Shown here in pieces: positions 1 to 9,614 of a DNA stretch of 64,000 nucleotides. Numbering within the stretch: position 1 is the first letter of the stretch; the number at the start of each line of letters is the position of its first letter. Both the position numbers and the translations under genes were made by a program. Below the pieces are notes generated by a model that was not told the origin of the DNA, did no database searches, and saw only the letters and a list, made by a program, of their open reading frames with translations. The stretch is from Acidilobaceae archaeon (lineage in GTDB: Archaea; Thermoproteota; Thermoprotei_A; Sulfolobales; Acidilobaceae): assembly GCA_038897215.1 (NCBI GenBank), contig JAWAWX010000001.1, positions 576,001-640,000 of the forward strand. The letters run 5' to 3'.

Positions 1-1414
1 GAGCGTGATAGCTTCTAAGCTGTAGTAGAGCATCTAGCGGATCTAGGCCCGCGCTTTCCGCGAGAACACTTGGTATTATCTCGAGAGCATCTGCAAATGC
101 TTCTATAGCGAGCTGCTCCTTTCCGCCCACTGTTCTCGCGTAGCTTCTTAGTCTGAGAGCTAGCTCTATCTCTGCGGCTCCACCGCCCGGCAGGATCTTG
201 GGTTCTCTCATGACGTTTCTAAGGGCATGGAGAGCGTCTTTTATGTTTCTCTCAGCTTCGTCTAGGATCATATCGTTAGCTCCTCTCAACAGGATGGTTA
301 CGCTTCTCGGGTTCTTGCATCCCTCGACGAACACCATCTTGTCTTCACCCACCATTCTCTCCTCGACTAGCGCAGCGTAACCCAGATAGTCGGGCTTCAG
401 CTCTCTGAGACTGGTTACTATCCTGGCTCCCGTTGCTCTAGCTAGCTTCTCTATATCGCTCCTCTTCACTCTCCTAACTGCTAATATCCCCTTCTTGGCT
501 AGGAAGTGTTGCGCGACCTCATCTATTCCTTTCTGAGTGATAACCACGTTGGCTCCAGTCTCGGCGATTCTCTCAACCATCTCTCTGAGAATCCTAGTCT
601 CCTCCTCCAAGAATCTCTCCAGCTGGTCTACGTCAGTGACTCTTATCTTAGTGGTTAGGTCAGGCTTCTGTATCTCGAGAGGAGCATCTAGCACAAGTAT
701 CTTAGCATCCTCTACTCTCTTAGGCATGCCAGGGTGTACGACTTCTTTGTCTAAAACGATCCCTCTCACTATCTTAGAGTCGAAGAGACTCCCTCCTTTC
801 TTCTTCTCTATCTTGACATTATCTAGGTCTACGTTATAGCCGCCATCGGGTCTCTTCTCCGCTATGATCTTTATGGTCTCGATTACTATGTCTACTAGTT
901 TCGCCTTCTCGGGACCGTGGCCCACATATTTGCTAGCTAGAGTCGTCTCAGCTATGTTGCGTAATGTCGTTTCATCTTCTAGATTTATAGGAATAGCTAC
1001 CGAATCTAGTATCTTCAACGACTCGTTTAGAGCCTTGGTGTAGCCATTGATTATCGTTACTGGGTGAATGTTCTCATCAAGAAGTCTCTCGGCTCTCTCT
1101 AGAAGAGTTCCTGCAAGGACTACTACCGACGTCGTCCCATCACCCACCTCTGAGTCTTGGGCTTTAGCTACCTCAACTAGAAGCTTTGCTGCTGGATGCT
1201 GAACCTCCATCTCTTTAACTATCGTGGCTCCATCGTTGGTGACAGTTATATCTCCAAAGGAGTCTATTAGCATCTTATCGAGACCTCTGGGGCCCAGGCT
1301 TGTCTTAAGGATCTCTGCCATCACTTTAGCCGCTAAGATATTGGCTCTCAGAGCCTCTCTCCCATAGGTTCTAGAGGCTCCTTCCTTCAATATCAATACG
1401 GGGATAGCTGCCAT
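1..1414 (-). CDS. ths: Thermosome (group II chaperonin) subunit, 3' end outside window
   Basis: Not in ORF track; manual translation from ATG at 1414: [30 protein letters not shown]...[11 protein letters not shown]...TNDGATI...EVGDGTTS. Confidence 0.97.
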   Translation of the reverse strand, partial: MAAIPVLILKEGASRTYGREALRANILAAKVMAEILKTSLGPRGLDKMLIDSFGDITVTNDGATIVKEMEVQHPAAKLLVEVAKAQDSEVGDGTTSVVVLAGTLLERAERLLDENIHPVTIINGYTKALNESLKILDSVAIPINLEDETTLRNIAETTLASKYVGHGPEKAKLVDIVIETIKIIAEKRPDGGYNVDLDNVKIEKKKGGSLFDSKIVRGIVLDKEVVHPGMPKRVEDAKILVLDAPLEIQKPDLTTKIRVTDVDQLERFLEEETRILREMVERIAETGANVVITQKGIDEVAQHFLAKKGILAVRRVKRSDIEKLARATGARIVTSLRELKPDYLGYAALVEERMVGEDKMVFVEGCKNPRSVTILLRGANDMILDEAERNIKDALHALRNVMREPKILPGGGAAEIELALRLRSYARTVGGKEQLAIEAFADALEIIPSVLAESAGLDPLDALLQLRSYHA

Positions 1415-1699
1415 CTCCGACCCCCCATCCAGCCTCCTCTCTTAACCCCCAGAGAATTAATATAAGTTAATAGGAAATCGGTGCGCTTTAAAAACGTTTC
1501 CCTATTGGCTTCATTGAGTATTCGTACATAAGCTAGCTTGCATCAAGCACGTCTAGAGAAGCTCGTGAGCCGACGCGCTTAAGAGAACATGGCTGAGGAG
1601 TCTAGCGTTTGCTAAGCGGAGAGACTCTATAGCGATTTATCCTCCGCTGTTCTGCTATCTCTTACTATGTCTCGGAGAGCACTCTTCGGTCGAGAAGTT

Positions 1700-2605
1700 A
1701 TGCTAGCAAGGTGTGATAGATGTGGCTCGAGAGTAGCTAAGTATTATAGGAGAGCTAGTGGTGAGAGACTCTGCGAGCTCTGCCTAGAGTCTTCTTTGGA
1801 GAAGGCTTTGAGAAAATATTTGAGGCCATGGGGTGCTCTAAGACCCGCCTCTAGAGTTCTCGTCCCGATCTCAGAGCCCATGATTCTCCACTCCATGGTG
1901 CTAGCTAGTCTCATCGTGAAAGCTAAGAGAGGATTCGGGTCACACGTTCTAGTTGTTTTCTTCGATTTCATGAAAGAGGGAGTAGTGGAGAAGCTTGTAG
2001 AGAATCTCATCGGGTTCATAGGCGGTCACGGAGGGTGGAGTGTTGTTCGAGCTGAGATCTCGCTATCTCCGAGCTTTCAGCAACTCGATTTCTTCGACTT
2101 ACTGAGAGTAAACAGGAGATTAGCTGTAGAAGCTTCTAGAAGATTAGGGGCGCGATTTGCTCTACTACCACTAACTAGAACATCGCTCCTACTACTCTTA
2201 AGCGAAGCTATAGCTAGACGTTCTTGCGACAATCTCTTAGACCTTATGCAGGAGTACCGGGTAGATGGCGTGACTTTGATTAATGCATTGTATTCGATCG
2301 AAGAGGAAGCCGTAGTTTCCTACGCGTACCTCTCGGGTATTCTCGAGGCGATCGAGACTCTTGGTCTCCACCCTCCGAAATACCTCCATTTATCTCGAGC
2401 AATGGCAGAAGCCTTAAGAGGAGGCCCTGACCTCGAATTCAGCTCGGAGAGCATTCACGCCGAGCTAGCAGGAGTCTGCATATCTAGATACGGGTATGGT
2501 AAAGCTTGCTCCTATTGCGGTGCCCCAAGTAGAGAGAGTGTTTGCGAAACCTGTAGTAGAGCTAGCTTAGCGGTTAATCTGGAGAAGGTCTACGAGAGAG
2601 TGTGA
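1700..2605 (+). CDS. Degenerate TtuA/Ncs6 (tRNA 2-thiolation) family paralogue, PP-loop lost
   Basis: N-terminal CDRC..LCELC and C-terminal CSYC..CETC Zn fingers as in TtuA/Ncs6; SGGKDS, CxxC and GHxxDD motifs absent. ORF track start 1667; ATG 1700 more likely. Confidence 0.7.
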   Translation: MLARCDRCGSRVAKYYRRASGERLCELCLESSLEKALRKYLRPWGALRPASRVLVPISEPMILHSMVLASLIVKAKRGFGSHVLVVFFDFMKEGVVEKLVENLIGFIGGHGGWSVVRAEISLSPSFQQLDFFDLLRVNRRLAVEASRRLGARFALLPLTRTSLLLLLSEAIARRSCDNLLDLMQEYRVDGVTLINALYSIEEEAVVSYAYLSGILEAIETLGLHPPKYLHLSRAMAEALRGGPDLEFSSESIHAELAGVCISRYGYGKACSYCGAPSRESVCETCSRASLAVNLEKVYERV

Positions 2606-2703
2606 GAGCAGAGGGAGCTACTACAAGGGGGTGTGAGCTAGAGCGTTGAAGGCTATAGTAAAGACTAGCAGCTTTTAACTCTTGAAGCACTGTTAATCTG
2701 AAG

Positions 2704-3429
2704 GTGCGCCTAATGGAGTTTTATGAGATAGATTTCTCTGAGAGATTTAAAAGAGAGCTGGCTGACACGCTTGTAGATATGAGGAACCCCGTTGAGGTGA
2801 AGGTCTTCGTTTCATCGAGATGCGAAACCTGCAGAGATACCATCAAGCTTCTTAAGCTCTTCGAGGAAGCTAGCCCGCGAAGTGAAGGCAGACCTTTACT
2901 GAGAGTAAAGATATACAATTATGACGAGAAGGAGGCTAAGGAGATATTTGTAGTCGAGAACGTGCGCAGAGTCCCCACAGTCTCTCTACTCGAAGGTAGA
3001 ATAAAATGGGTGGGGATTCCTGCAGGCGAGGAGATTAGAGCATTAGTGGAGACCATCTTGAGGATCAGCGAGAACGAGTCCGGGCTGACCCTTAGAACGA
3101 AAAGAGAGCTAGCTGCCATAAGAAAGCCTATACTCATAGAGACCATTGTGACACCGCCGTGCCCTTACTGCCCTTATTCTGTGCTCCTAGCCCACATGTT
3201 TGCTTTCGAAGCCTACAAGCAAAAGAACCCCGTGATCTCGTCTGAGGCTATAGAGGCTTTCGAAAACCCAGATATCGCTGACAAGTATGGGGTTATGACG
3301 GTTCCAGCTACTGCTATAAATGGACAGCTAGCATTCGTAGGAGTCCCATACGAAGAAGACCTCTTAGATTTTGTAAAAAACGTTGCTGAAGGCAAATCTA
3401 GAAGACGTCATGACCACTGGCACATCTAG
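2704..3429 (+). CDS. Protein disulfide oxidoreductase (two thioredoxin folds)
   Basis: CETC and CPYC motifs, two VP cis-Pro motifs, GIPAGEE. Confidence 0.92.
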   Translation: MRLMEFYEIDFSERFKRELADTLVDMRNPVEVKVFVSSRCETCRDTIKLLKLFEEASPRSEGRPLLRVKIYNYDEKEAKEIFVVENVRRVPTVSLLEGRIKWVGIPAGEEIRALVETILRISENESGLTLRTKRELAAIRKPILIETIVTPPCPYCPYSVLLAHMFAFEAYKQKNPVISSEAIEAFENPDIADKYGVMTVPATAINGQLAFVGVPYEEDLLDFVKNVAEGKSRRRHDHWHI

Positions 3430-3525
3430 CTAGGAGACAAGCCCTAGAGGTCGAGTGCTTAAATATATTCTCATACCTCTTAAGCTCTAACACCTTATTA
3501 CCCACTAGCCTATACGTAACCAGCG

Positions 3526-3852
3526 GTGCTACTAGTGCCCATCTCCTTCAGACCTCAAGACCTCAAGCCTTTGGGGAGAGTTGAGAAGATAATTAAATCA
3601 CGCTTACTTCTAGTCTCAATGGCTAGGAAGAAGCCTCTACCTCTAGGGCTTGAGGTCTACGCTCGTAGCAATGATGAATTCAATTATATTGGAAGACTCG
3701 CTGACATAATAGGGAGAACCGATAGGCCTTATGCAGTGGTCAAAGTGGAAGAAAGCGTTGAATCGTCTCTTCTCTCATCGCAACTCTACTACAAGCTACG
3801 AGAGAGAAGGAGAGGTAGCGGGTCAAGGAGGAGGGTGAGCCGTGGTAGATAG
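3526..3852 (+). CDS. gar1: H/ACA RNP protein Gar1
   Basis: IGRLADIIGRTDRPYAVVK motif, basic tail, adjacent to tfb. Confidence 0.8.
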   Translation: MLLVPISFRPQDLKPLGRVEKIIKSRLLLVSMARKKPLPLGLEVYARSNDEFNYIGRLADIIGRTDRPYAVVKVEESVESSLLSSQLYYKLRERRRGSGSRRRVSRGR

Positions 3853-4831
3853 CGAGGAGACTCGCTTTCTCGATTTCGATCCTATAGAGCGGAACGAGCC
3901 TCTAAGCGAGGACCTGCATGAATCCAGCCATTGCGAGAACGTGATCACAACTCCTGAGGGTTTCGAGGTATGCGCAGATACTGGAGAGGTTCTGGGAGAG
4001 AGAGTGCTTGTCGATGCGCCTGAGAGAGTCTATAGAGATGATGGGCGCCAGTCCTCGAGACACGGGGGCCCCATAGACTACTCTCACCACGCCTACGGAA
4101 TCGTTACAGACGTGTATTCAAAACGATCGAGAAACGTGCTAAGCAAAGATAAAATGACTGCTATGAGGAGGCTTGTGAGAAAGCATCGAGTTCTAGCTAT
4201 GACTAGACGAGAGAGACAAGAAAGTCAGCTCTTCCAGATTCTACGAGAAGTCTCAGCTCTTCTAGGGCTAGGTGCGAGCCAAGTCCAGGAGGCCGGTCAG
4301 ATTCTCCACGAGTTCTTGAATAGAGTAGGAGTGCCTAGCGCTAGAGAAGGTAAAGCCGTCGTTGCCGCGATAATCCATAAAATCGTAGAGAAATATAATC
4401 TAGGCATATCTCAACAAGAGATCCTCGAGAAGCTCGAAGTCGAGGCTTTCGAGATGTGGAATGCAAAAACGAAGCTCAATCAGTCGGGAGCTCTAGCTGT
4501 ACTCGCTTCTGGACCGAGAGGTCTGGGGGTTGACAGGATACTGGCTAGAATAGACACCTATATCACTAAAGCTGTTCAAGAGCTAGGCTTACCGATGGAT
4601 GTTAGAAGTCATAGCCTCGAGTTTCTCAAAACCGTTGTGAGGAATGGGAAGAGCCTTTACGGAAAGAAGCCTGAGGTTGTAGCGGGCGCTACAGTGTATC
4701 TGATAGCTAGAGTCTTCGGCTTCGACTTAAGCCAAGCTGATGTTGCTCGAGCACTAAAGATTAGAGAATCGTCAATAAGAAAACTCTACAGGTTCCTGAT
4801 GGATGACATGGTTGTTCTCATCGCTATCTAG
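3842..4831 (+). CDS. tfb: Transcription initiation factor IIB paralogue (TFB2-like)
   Basis: Crenarchaeal ribbon VCADTGEV, cyclin repeats, GKKPEVVAGATVY, SQADVA HTH; gar1-tfb synteny. Confidence 0.88.
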   Translation: MVDSEETRFLDFDPIERNEPLSEDLHESSHCENVITTPEGFEVCADTGEVLGERVLVDAPERVYRDDGRQSSRHGGPIDYSHHAYGIVTDVYSKRSRNVLSKDKMTAMRRLVRKHRVLAMTRRERQESQLFQILREVSALLGLGASQVQEAGQILHEFLNRVGVPSAREGKAVVAAIIHKIVEKYNLGISQQEILEKLEVEAFEMWNAKTKLNQSGALAVLASGPRGLGVDRILARIDTYITKAVQELGLPMDVRSHSLEFLKTVVRNGKSLYGKKPEVVAGATVYLIARVFGFDLSQADVARALKIRESSIRKLYRFLMDDMVVLIAI

Positions 4832-5948
4832 CTAGCACTCTCGAGAAGTTTATCTCGAAAGGCTTCACGATTATCCCCTTCTCAGTGATAAAGCCCGATA
4901 TTAGGTCCGGTGGAGTTATATCAAATGAGGGATTGAGAACCTCTACATCTTCAAGCGTTATTAGCGTTGTCCCCATAACCTTCCTGACTTCATCCGGGCT
5001 TCTCTCCTCTATGACTATCCCCTCTGGGCCTAGACTCCTATCTATAGTACTCGTTGGAGCAACAACATAGAATGGAACCTTGTGATAGAATGCAGCGAGA
5101 GCTACCTGAAATGTCCCTATCTTGTTGGCTGTATGCCCGGTAATGATTATCCTATCTGCTCCGACCAAGACTAGATCAACCATTCTCTTAGACATCACGT
5201 AGGCTACAGCACTATCAACTATCAGCTTGACCGGGATACCCTCTTTCCTCAGCTCCCACACGTTTAGCCTGGCTCCTTGGAGGACAGGCCGGGTTTCTGT
5301 CGTCAACACTCTCAGATTCCTCCCCTCGTACCAAGCGTATCTAACGACCCCAAGTGCCGTACCGAAGCCTGCTGTAGCTAGAGCCCCCGTATTGCAGTGT
5401 GTTAGGATAGTGTAGTTGTCTTCTACCAGCTTGGAGCCTATCCTCCCTATCTCTATGTTTGTCTTTATGTCTTCGATGTAGATTCTGAACGCCTCCTCTA
5501 GGACTAGTTCTGCTATCTTGTCAGGGCTCTTATCTCTATTCTCCTCGATTACCCTCCATACTCTAGAGAGAGCCCAGAACAAGTTAACAGCAGTGGGTCT
5601 CGTGGATTCCAGGAGTCTCTTAGCTTCGTTGAGCTTAGCTATGAAAAGAGAGCTCTCTTTAACGTCTTTGTTTTCGAGAGCCGCAAGAGCCATACCGAAA
5701 GCTGCCGCAACACCTATAGCTGGAGCTCCTCTTACCTCCATAGACTTGATCGCTTCAACAACCCTCCTATAGTCTTTAGTTCTCCTATAGACCTCCTTGA
5801 AGGGGATTAGTGTAGTATCGAGCCAGACGAAGTCCATTGTGTCTAAGTCGAAGTAAAGAGGCTTAATCTTAAGGAAGCCCTCTAGAGACTTGAGCTCTAA
5901 GATTAGATGCTTCACGCTACACACCACCAGGGCTCTCAACGAGGTCAT
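4824..5948 (-). CDS. mtnA: S-methyl-5-thioribose-1-phosphate isomerase (eIF2B-like family)
   Basis: MEVRGAPAIG, RPTAVNL, THCNTGALAT, ETRP, GADRI, NKIGT. Confidence 0.88.
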   Translation of the reverse strand: MTSLRALVVCSVKHLILELKSLEGFLKIKPLYFDLDTMDFVWLDTTLIPFKEVYRRTKDYRRVVEAIKSMEVRGAPAIGVAAAFGMALAALENKDVKESSLFIAKLNEAKRLLESTRPTAVNLFWALSRVWRVIEENRDKSPDKIAELVLEEAFRIYIEDIKTNIEIGRIGSKLVEDNYTILTHCNTGALATAGFGTALGVVRYAWYEGRNLRVLTTETRPVLQGARLNVWELRKEGIPVKLIVDSAVAYVMSKRMVDLVLVGADRIIITGHTANKIGTFQVALAAFYHKVPFYVVAPTSTIDRSLGPEGIVIEERSPDEVRKVMGTTLITLEDVEVLNPSFDITPPDLISGFITEKGIIVKPFEINFSRVLAR

Positions 5949-5991
5949 TTAGAGAGCTAGAGCTAAAGATTCTGAACACTCTTTCCTCTCG

Positions 5992-6516
5992 ATGAGTGAA
6001 AGCTCTGTGAACAGACAGCGCGAAAAGCTACTGATATCAGTGAGAGAGGGAGAGCTGCGAGTAGAGAGCTGTAGAGAAGCACGCAGTCTCTGCCTAAGCC
6101 TGAAGGCTGAAGGCTTTTTGAGCGAAGACTTGAAGATAGATAAGCTAGAAGCTCTTTATCAGCTAGCTTTGGGAAACGCTATCTACGATGGTAGAGACGG
6201 CTGGGAGGCTGTTGTCAAGCTATCTCGCGATATAGGTATACAGCTCTCCACATTCCTAGTCTACTACGACTTACGAAGAAGAGGTAGACTCGTGAAAACT
6301 AGCCCCTATCCTAGGTCCAATCTGGTTCTCGAGAAGACTCCAAGTAAGAGAGTAGAGATTCTGGTGCTAGAGGCAGGTAGAAAAGTGAAGCTAAGAGATA
6401 TTGCTGAATGGGCTAGACTTGTTCAGTCCTCGAACCACATCCCCGTTATCGCGATCGTCGACGAGCTGGGAGTGATAACATACTATGAGGTCTCAGCTTC
6501 AACTACTCTCTTCTAG
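5992..6516 (+). CDS. tRNA-splicing endonuclease, non-catalytic/structural subunit
   Basis: LEALYQL, FLVYYDLRRRG, IAIVD..G.ITYYEV; catalytic residues not evident. Confidence 0.75.
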   Translation: MSESSVNRQREKLLISVREGELRVESCREARSLCLSLKAEGFLSEDLKIDKLEALYQLALGNAIYDGRDGWEAVVKLSRDIGIQLSTFLVYYDLRRRGRLVKTSPYPRSNLVLEKTPSKRVEILVLEAGRKVKLRDIAEWARLVQSSNHIPVIAIVDELGVITYYEVSASTTLF

Positions 6517-7770
6517 CATCTTCTCCGTGGAGGCTCTTAGAGTCAAAGATATCAAAGCATATGGAGCTACTAGGGGGACTCTTAAGAGACCATTAAGCTG
6601 TCTGAGCCGTGTAGACTCCTCTGACACGGGGTCTATGAGATAGGCTTCACCTAGCCTCCTTCGAACTCTTAGCTCAATAGCTCCGCCCGTACCCGATAGA
6701 GTATAAGCAGCCAGGATTAACGAAGGAGGTTCTACAGCGGCTAGGTATGTGAGTGCTCTAAGGAGCCTAGAGTGGAGAGAGAGTCTTCCAGTCGTAGTCT
6801 CCACGGGTCTCCAGATAGTCATAGACTCTAAGAGAAGCGCTAGAGCTTGAAGCTCTCCGCCTCTCGCTAGCAGAGCTTCCGACTCGAAGCTTACTCTGAG
6901 CACGCCTGGTTCGAACTCGATCTCCATAGGCTTTGGTGAAGCGATCGTTAAACTCGACTCTGGAGACTCGATGATGGCTGAGTTTGCTTTCACAGCTCTG
7001 CTCAAATCTACACTCTGGTAGGTGAAAGGGTAGAGGACTTTGAGTCTGAGATTGAAGAATCTGTGAGTGAAGTCTAGAGTTGCTCTCTTCGACCACACTC
7101 TAATAACCGACCCCGAGATAGCCGATATCGATTCATCTCCGACCACGACTTTGAGCCCGGCTCTTTCCCGAAGCTCTCCAAGCAAAGTCGTCTTGAAGCC
7201 TGCTATAGACACCTCTAAGCTACCTGAGCGCCCTTCGACTCTAGAGCAGGAAGATGCTGAAACAAAGGCTAGAGGCTCTAGACCTATCGCTAATGATACC
7301 GTGCCTTCTTCGGTCTCGACACACGAGCCTAGCCCTAAACCTAGAGATTCTCGAGGGTGCATGATGGGAGCACGGGGTCTCCATCCTAGAGGATTGAAGA
7401 AGAACACGCCCTCAACTTCTGGCTCTAAGAGGCTTGAGACCATCGAGCCTAGAGAGGCTGAGTCTATAGACTTTAGCTCTGTCGCGAAGCCTCTCGGCTG
7501 AGCAAGCGACCCGCTGGCTATCAGCCCTCCTCCATTCACATCTACTCTGAAGCCTCTCCACACCCACGTGAAGGAAGAGGCTTCTCTCAGCTCTAAGCTC
7601 CGCAAGTCTAGTAGGTTGAAGAGGAGAGGAGCGCTGGACACTTCTAAAACAGGTTCTCCTACACGAGAGAGCTCCTCGAAGACACTAACCCAGCTAGATA
7701 CAAGAGGGTCTTTTCTCCACGAGTCGCCTCTTTTCCTAGCAGAGGAGTCTCTACTAGCTCTCGTGTCCAC
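6499..7770 (-). CDS. Hypothetical beta-rich protein, possibly like GH38 C-terminal domains
   Basis: 423 aa, GGAGG RBS before GTG; FFFNPLGW segment and C-terminal sandwich resemble non-catalytic parts of alpha-mannosidases. Confidence 0.55.
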   Translation of the reverse strand: MDTRASRDSSARKRGDSWRKDPLVSSWVSVFEELSRVGEPVLEVSSAPLLFNLLDLRSLELREASSFTWVWRGFRVDVNGGGLIASGSLAQPRGFATELKSIDSASLGSMVSSLLEPEVEGVFFFNPLGWRPRAPIMHPRESLGLGLGSCVETEEGTVSLAIGLEPLAFVSASSCSRVEGRSGSLEVSIAGFKTTLLGELRERAGLKVVVGDESISAISGSVIRVWSKRATLDFTHRFFNLRLKVLYPFTYQSVDLSRAVKANSAIIESPESSLTIASPKPMEIEFEPGVLRVSFESEALLARGGELQALALLLESMTIWRPVETTTGRLSLHSRLLRALTYLAAVEPPSLILAAYTLSGTGGAIELRVRRRLGEAYLIDPVSEESTRLRQLNGLLRVPLVAPYALISLTLRASTEKMLEESS

Positions 7771-7832
7771 TACGCTAGCCCTCCTTTACTCTAAGCTCTC
7801 CTTGCTTAAACTCCCTAATACTCGCTCACTCA

Positions 7833-7982
7833 TTGGATGATGTGACGAGACGCTGGGCTAAGCCCCTCTGGTATCGTTTAATCCTCTTTATCGCCTCCCC
7901 AGAGTTTAGGAGGGTTCTCGCGTTCCTCCAGCTATACCGATTTAGGCTCTTGAATTCTCTGAGTTTAAAGGGACGCGGATGA
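7833..7982 (+). CDS. Putative 49-aa small protein
   Basis: TTG..TGA ORF MDDVTRRWAKPLWYRLILFIASPEFRRVLAFLQLYRFRLLNSLSLKGRG; TTAAA about 25 nt upstream; stop lies in the sRNA box C. Confidence 0.4.
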   Translation: MDDVTRRWAKPLWYRLILFIASPEFRRVLAFLQLYRFRLLNSLSLKGRG

Positions 7983-8032
7983 AGAGTCTTGCCCCCACCT
8001 GAGGAGTGAAGAAATTACCGCGTTCTGACGCG
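7974..8032 (+). ncRNA. Box C/D guide sRNA (likely 16S rRNA 500-530 region)
   Basis: ATGAAGA-gtcttgcccccac-CTGA-gga-GTGAAGA-aattaccgcgtt-CTGA with cgcg terminal stem. Confidence 0.85.
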
Positions 8033-8192
8033 CTTCTTACGCTTCCTGGTCTCCACTCTCGCCGCCACCAGCTACTGCTCTCCACTCTAGGCCTGTTCGT
8101 GCCTACTTGGAGCCTGTCGACTTCCGTCGACCTTAGTAAATCTCATTCTATAAAACAGCCCGCAGGCTCAGAGAGAGTCGTGCGTCTCTCTG

Positions 8193-9614
8193 CTATAGGA
8201 TGAGTGCTAGAAGAGCGTAGAGTAGCAGTGTGGCCATTAACGGCAGGAGGGGTGAGGGGAGCCACTCCCTGTAGACTATGGCTGGTGGCAGGAGTAGAGT
8301 CGGGGTCATTGCTACCAGTGTTTCAGCTACGTTGATGAGCGAGCTCGCGTCTACCCCCACGGCTGCTCCGCTCTGCTCGAGTATTGTAGCTAGTAGTTTG
8401 AGGAAGTATAGGGTTATAGCTAGAGATAAGGTCATCAACGTAGCTAAGACGAGACTGTGTCTTCGAGACTCGGCCGAACTCCTCCTCACTTCTTCGTGGA
8501 GTTCATGAATATAAGCTAGAACCTCTTGAGCTCTCGTAGACCCAGCCGTGGTCGAGGATGCGAGAAGAGCGTCTATCACGCTCGTTAGAATGGTTTCTCG
8601 AACTCTAGCAAGCTTATCCCAGTTCAGAATCCCCACTCTAGCCTCCTCTAGCGCTTCTCTGAGTAGTGAGGAAGCACGCTCGACTGAGATGCTCTCTCGT
8701 AGAGCATAGAGCTCTATCGCTATAGCGATTAGCGTGAGGAGAGCTAGCTCGAGCAAGAGCCCTGCTCGAAGCCCTACTATACTACAAGACGCTATGAGGA
8801 GCACTGAGATAAACCCCAGGAGCTCTGTTCTCTCAACGCTCCCGACTCTTGGCCTAAAGAACATAAGCGTGAAGCCAGCAGCTAGCGATGTTAGAGCGAG
8901 CAGTAGAACCGCGATACTCCAATCGACTCCACCTAGGAGCATTAAGGGGACTAGAACAGGCATCGAGACCACTACTGTAGCCACTATCTCCGAGACTACG
9001 TATGAAGCAGCGAAGAAGACCCTCCACTGGTCTCTAGTTTTCTGAAGAGCTTCTCTCAAGAACATGACGGCTATATCCGTCCTAGAAGCTCCCACGATCA
9101 CAGAGTTCACGTAGTCTCTCAGAAAATAGCTGAACGACTTAGAGGGCGTGGTTGAAGCTAGAGCTTGTAGTGCCGCTACGGGGTCGAGCCCTAGGTTCAT
9201 CAGCACTCTAAGCCTAGAAATCTCAAATCTTAAGCTGAAAGGGAGTCTCTCACGGTCAACGTATAGGATGATGTCAGCGAGATTAGACGAGACTCTAGCT
9301 AGGGGGAGCAGTAGAGACATTATTATAGGCATGTCTCTCTCGAGAGCAAAACCTATATGAGCTCTAAACAATCGCGATGCTATAAACGGAGAAGCTATGG
9401 TCAGAACTGTGACCATCAAAGCCGCTGGGAAAGAGTTCGTGGCAACAAGCGATACCGCGAAAGCCACTGTAGAGATAGGTAAAGAAGCTCTAAACATTAC
9501 TCTGAATAGCGAAGCATACTCGCCGTAAAGTCGAGGACTCCAAAGAGCTCTCTCTAGCCTAACTAGGAGAGCAGATAGGTCTCTGATGAGGAGTAAGAGT
9601 CTAGGCGACTCCAT
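8193..9614 (-). CDS. Type IV pilus membrane platform protein (TadC/T2SS-F family)
   Basis: Multi-TM, G.DP..AL..LA..TPS motif, coupled to the secretion ATPase. Confidence 0.8.
   Translation of the reverse strand: MESPRLLLLIRDLSALLVRLERALWSPRLYGEYASLFRVMFRASLPISTVAFAVSLVATNSFPAALMVTVLTIASPFIASRLFRAHIGFALERDMPIIMSLLLPLARVSSNLADIILYVDRERLPFSLRFEISRLRVLMNLGLDPVAALQALASTTPSKSFSYFLRDYVNSVIVGASRTDIAVMFLREALQKTRDQWRVFFAASYVVSEIVATVVVSMPVLVPLMLLGGVDWSIAVLLLALTSLAAGFTLMFFRPRVGSVERTELLGFISVLLIASCSIVGLRAGLLLELALLTLIAIAIELYALRESISVERASSLLREALEEARVGILNWDKLARVRETILTSVIDALLASSTTAGSTRAQEVLAYIHELHEEVRRSSAESRRHSLVLATLMTLSLAITLYFLKLLATILEQSGAAVGVDASSLINVAETLVAMTPTLLLPPAIVYREWLPSPLLPLMATLLLYALLALIL

Noticed and set aside
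198-839. Plus-strand ORFs 198-380 and 537-839, and the many similar Ser/Leu/Thr-rich ORFs across the track
   Set aside because: Antisense shadows of well-supported genes (here the thermosome), with no motifs
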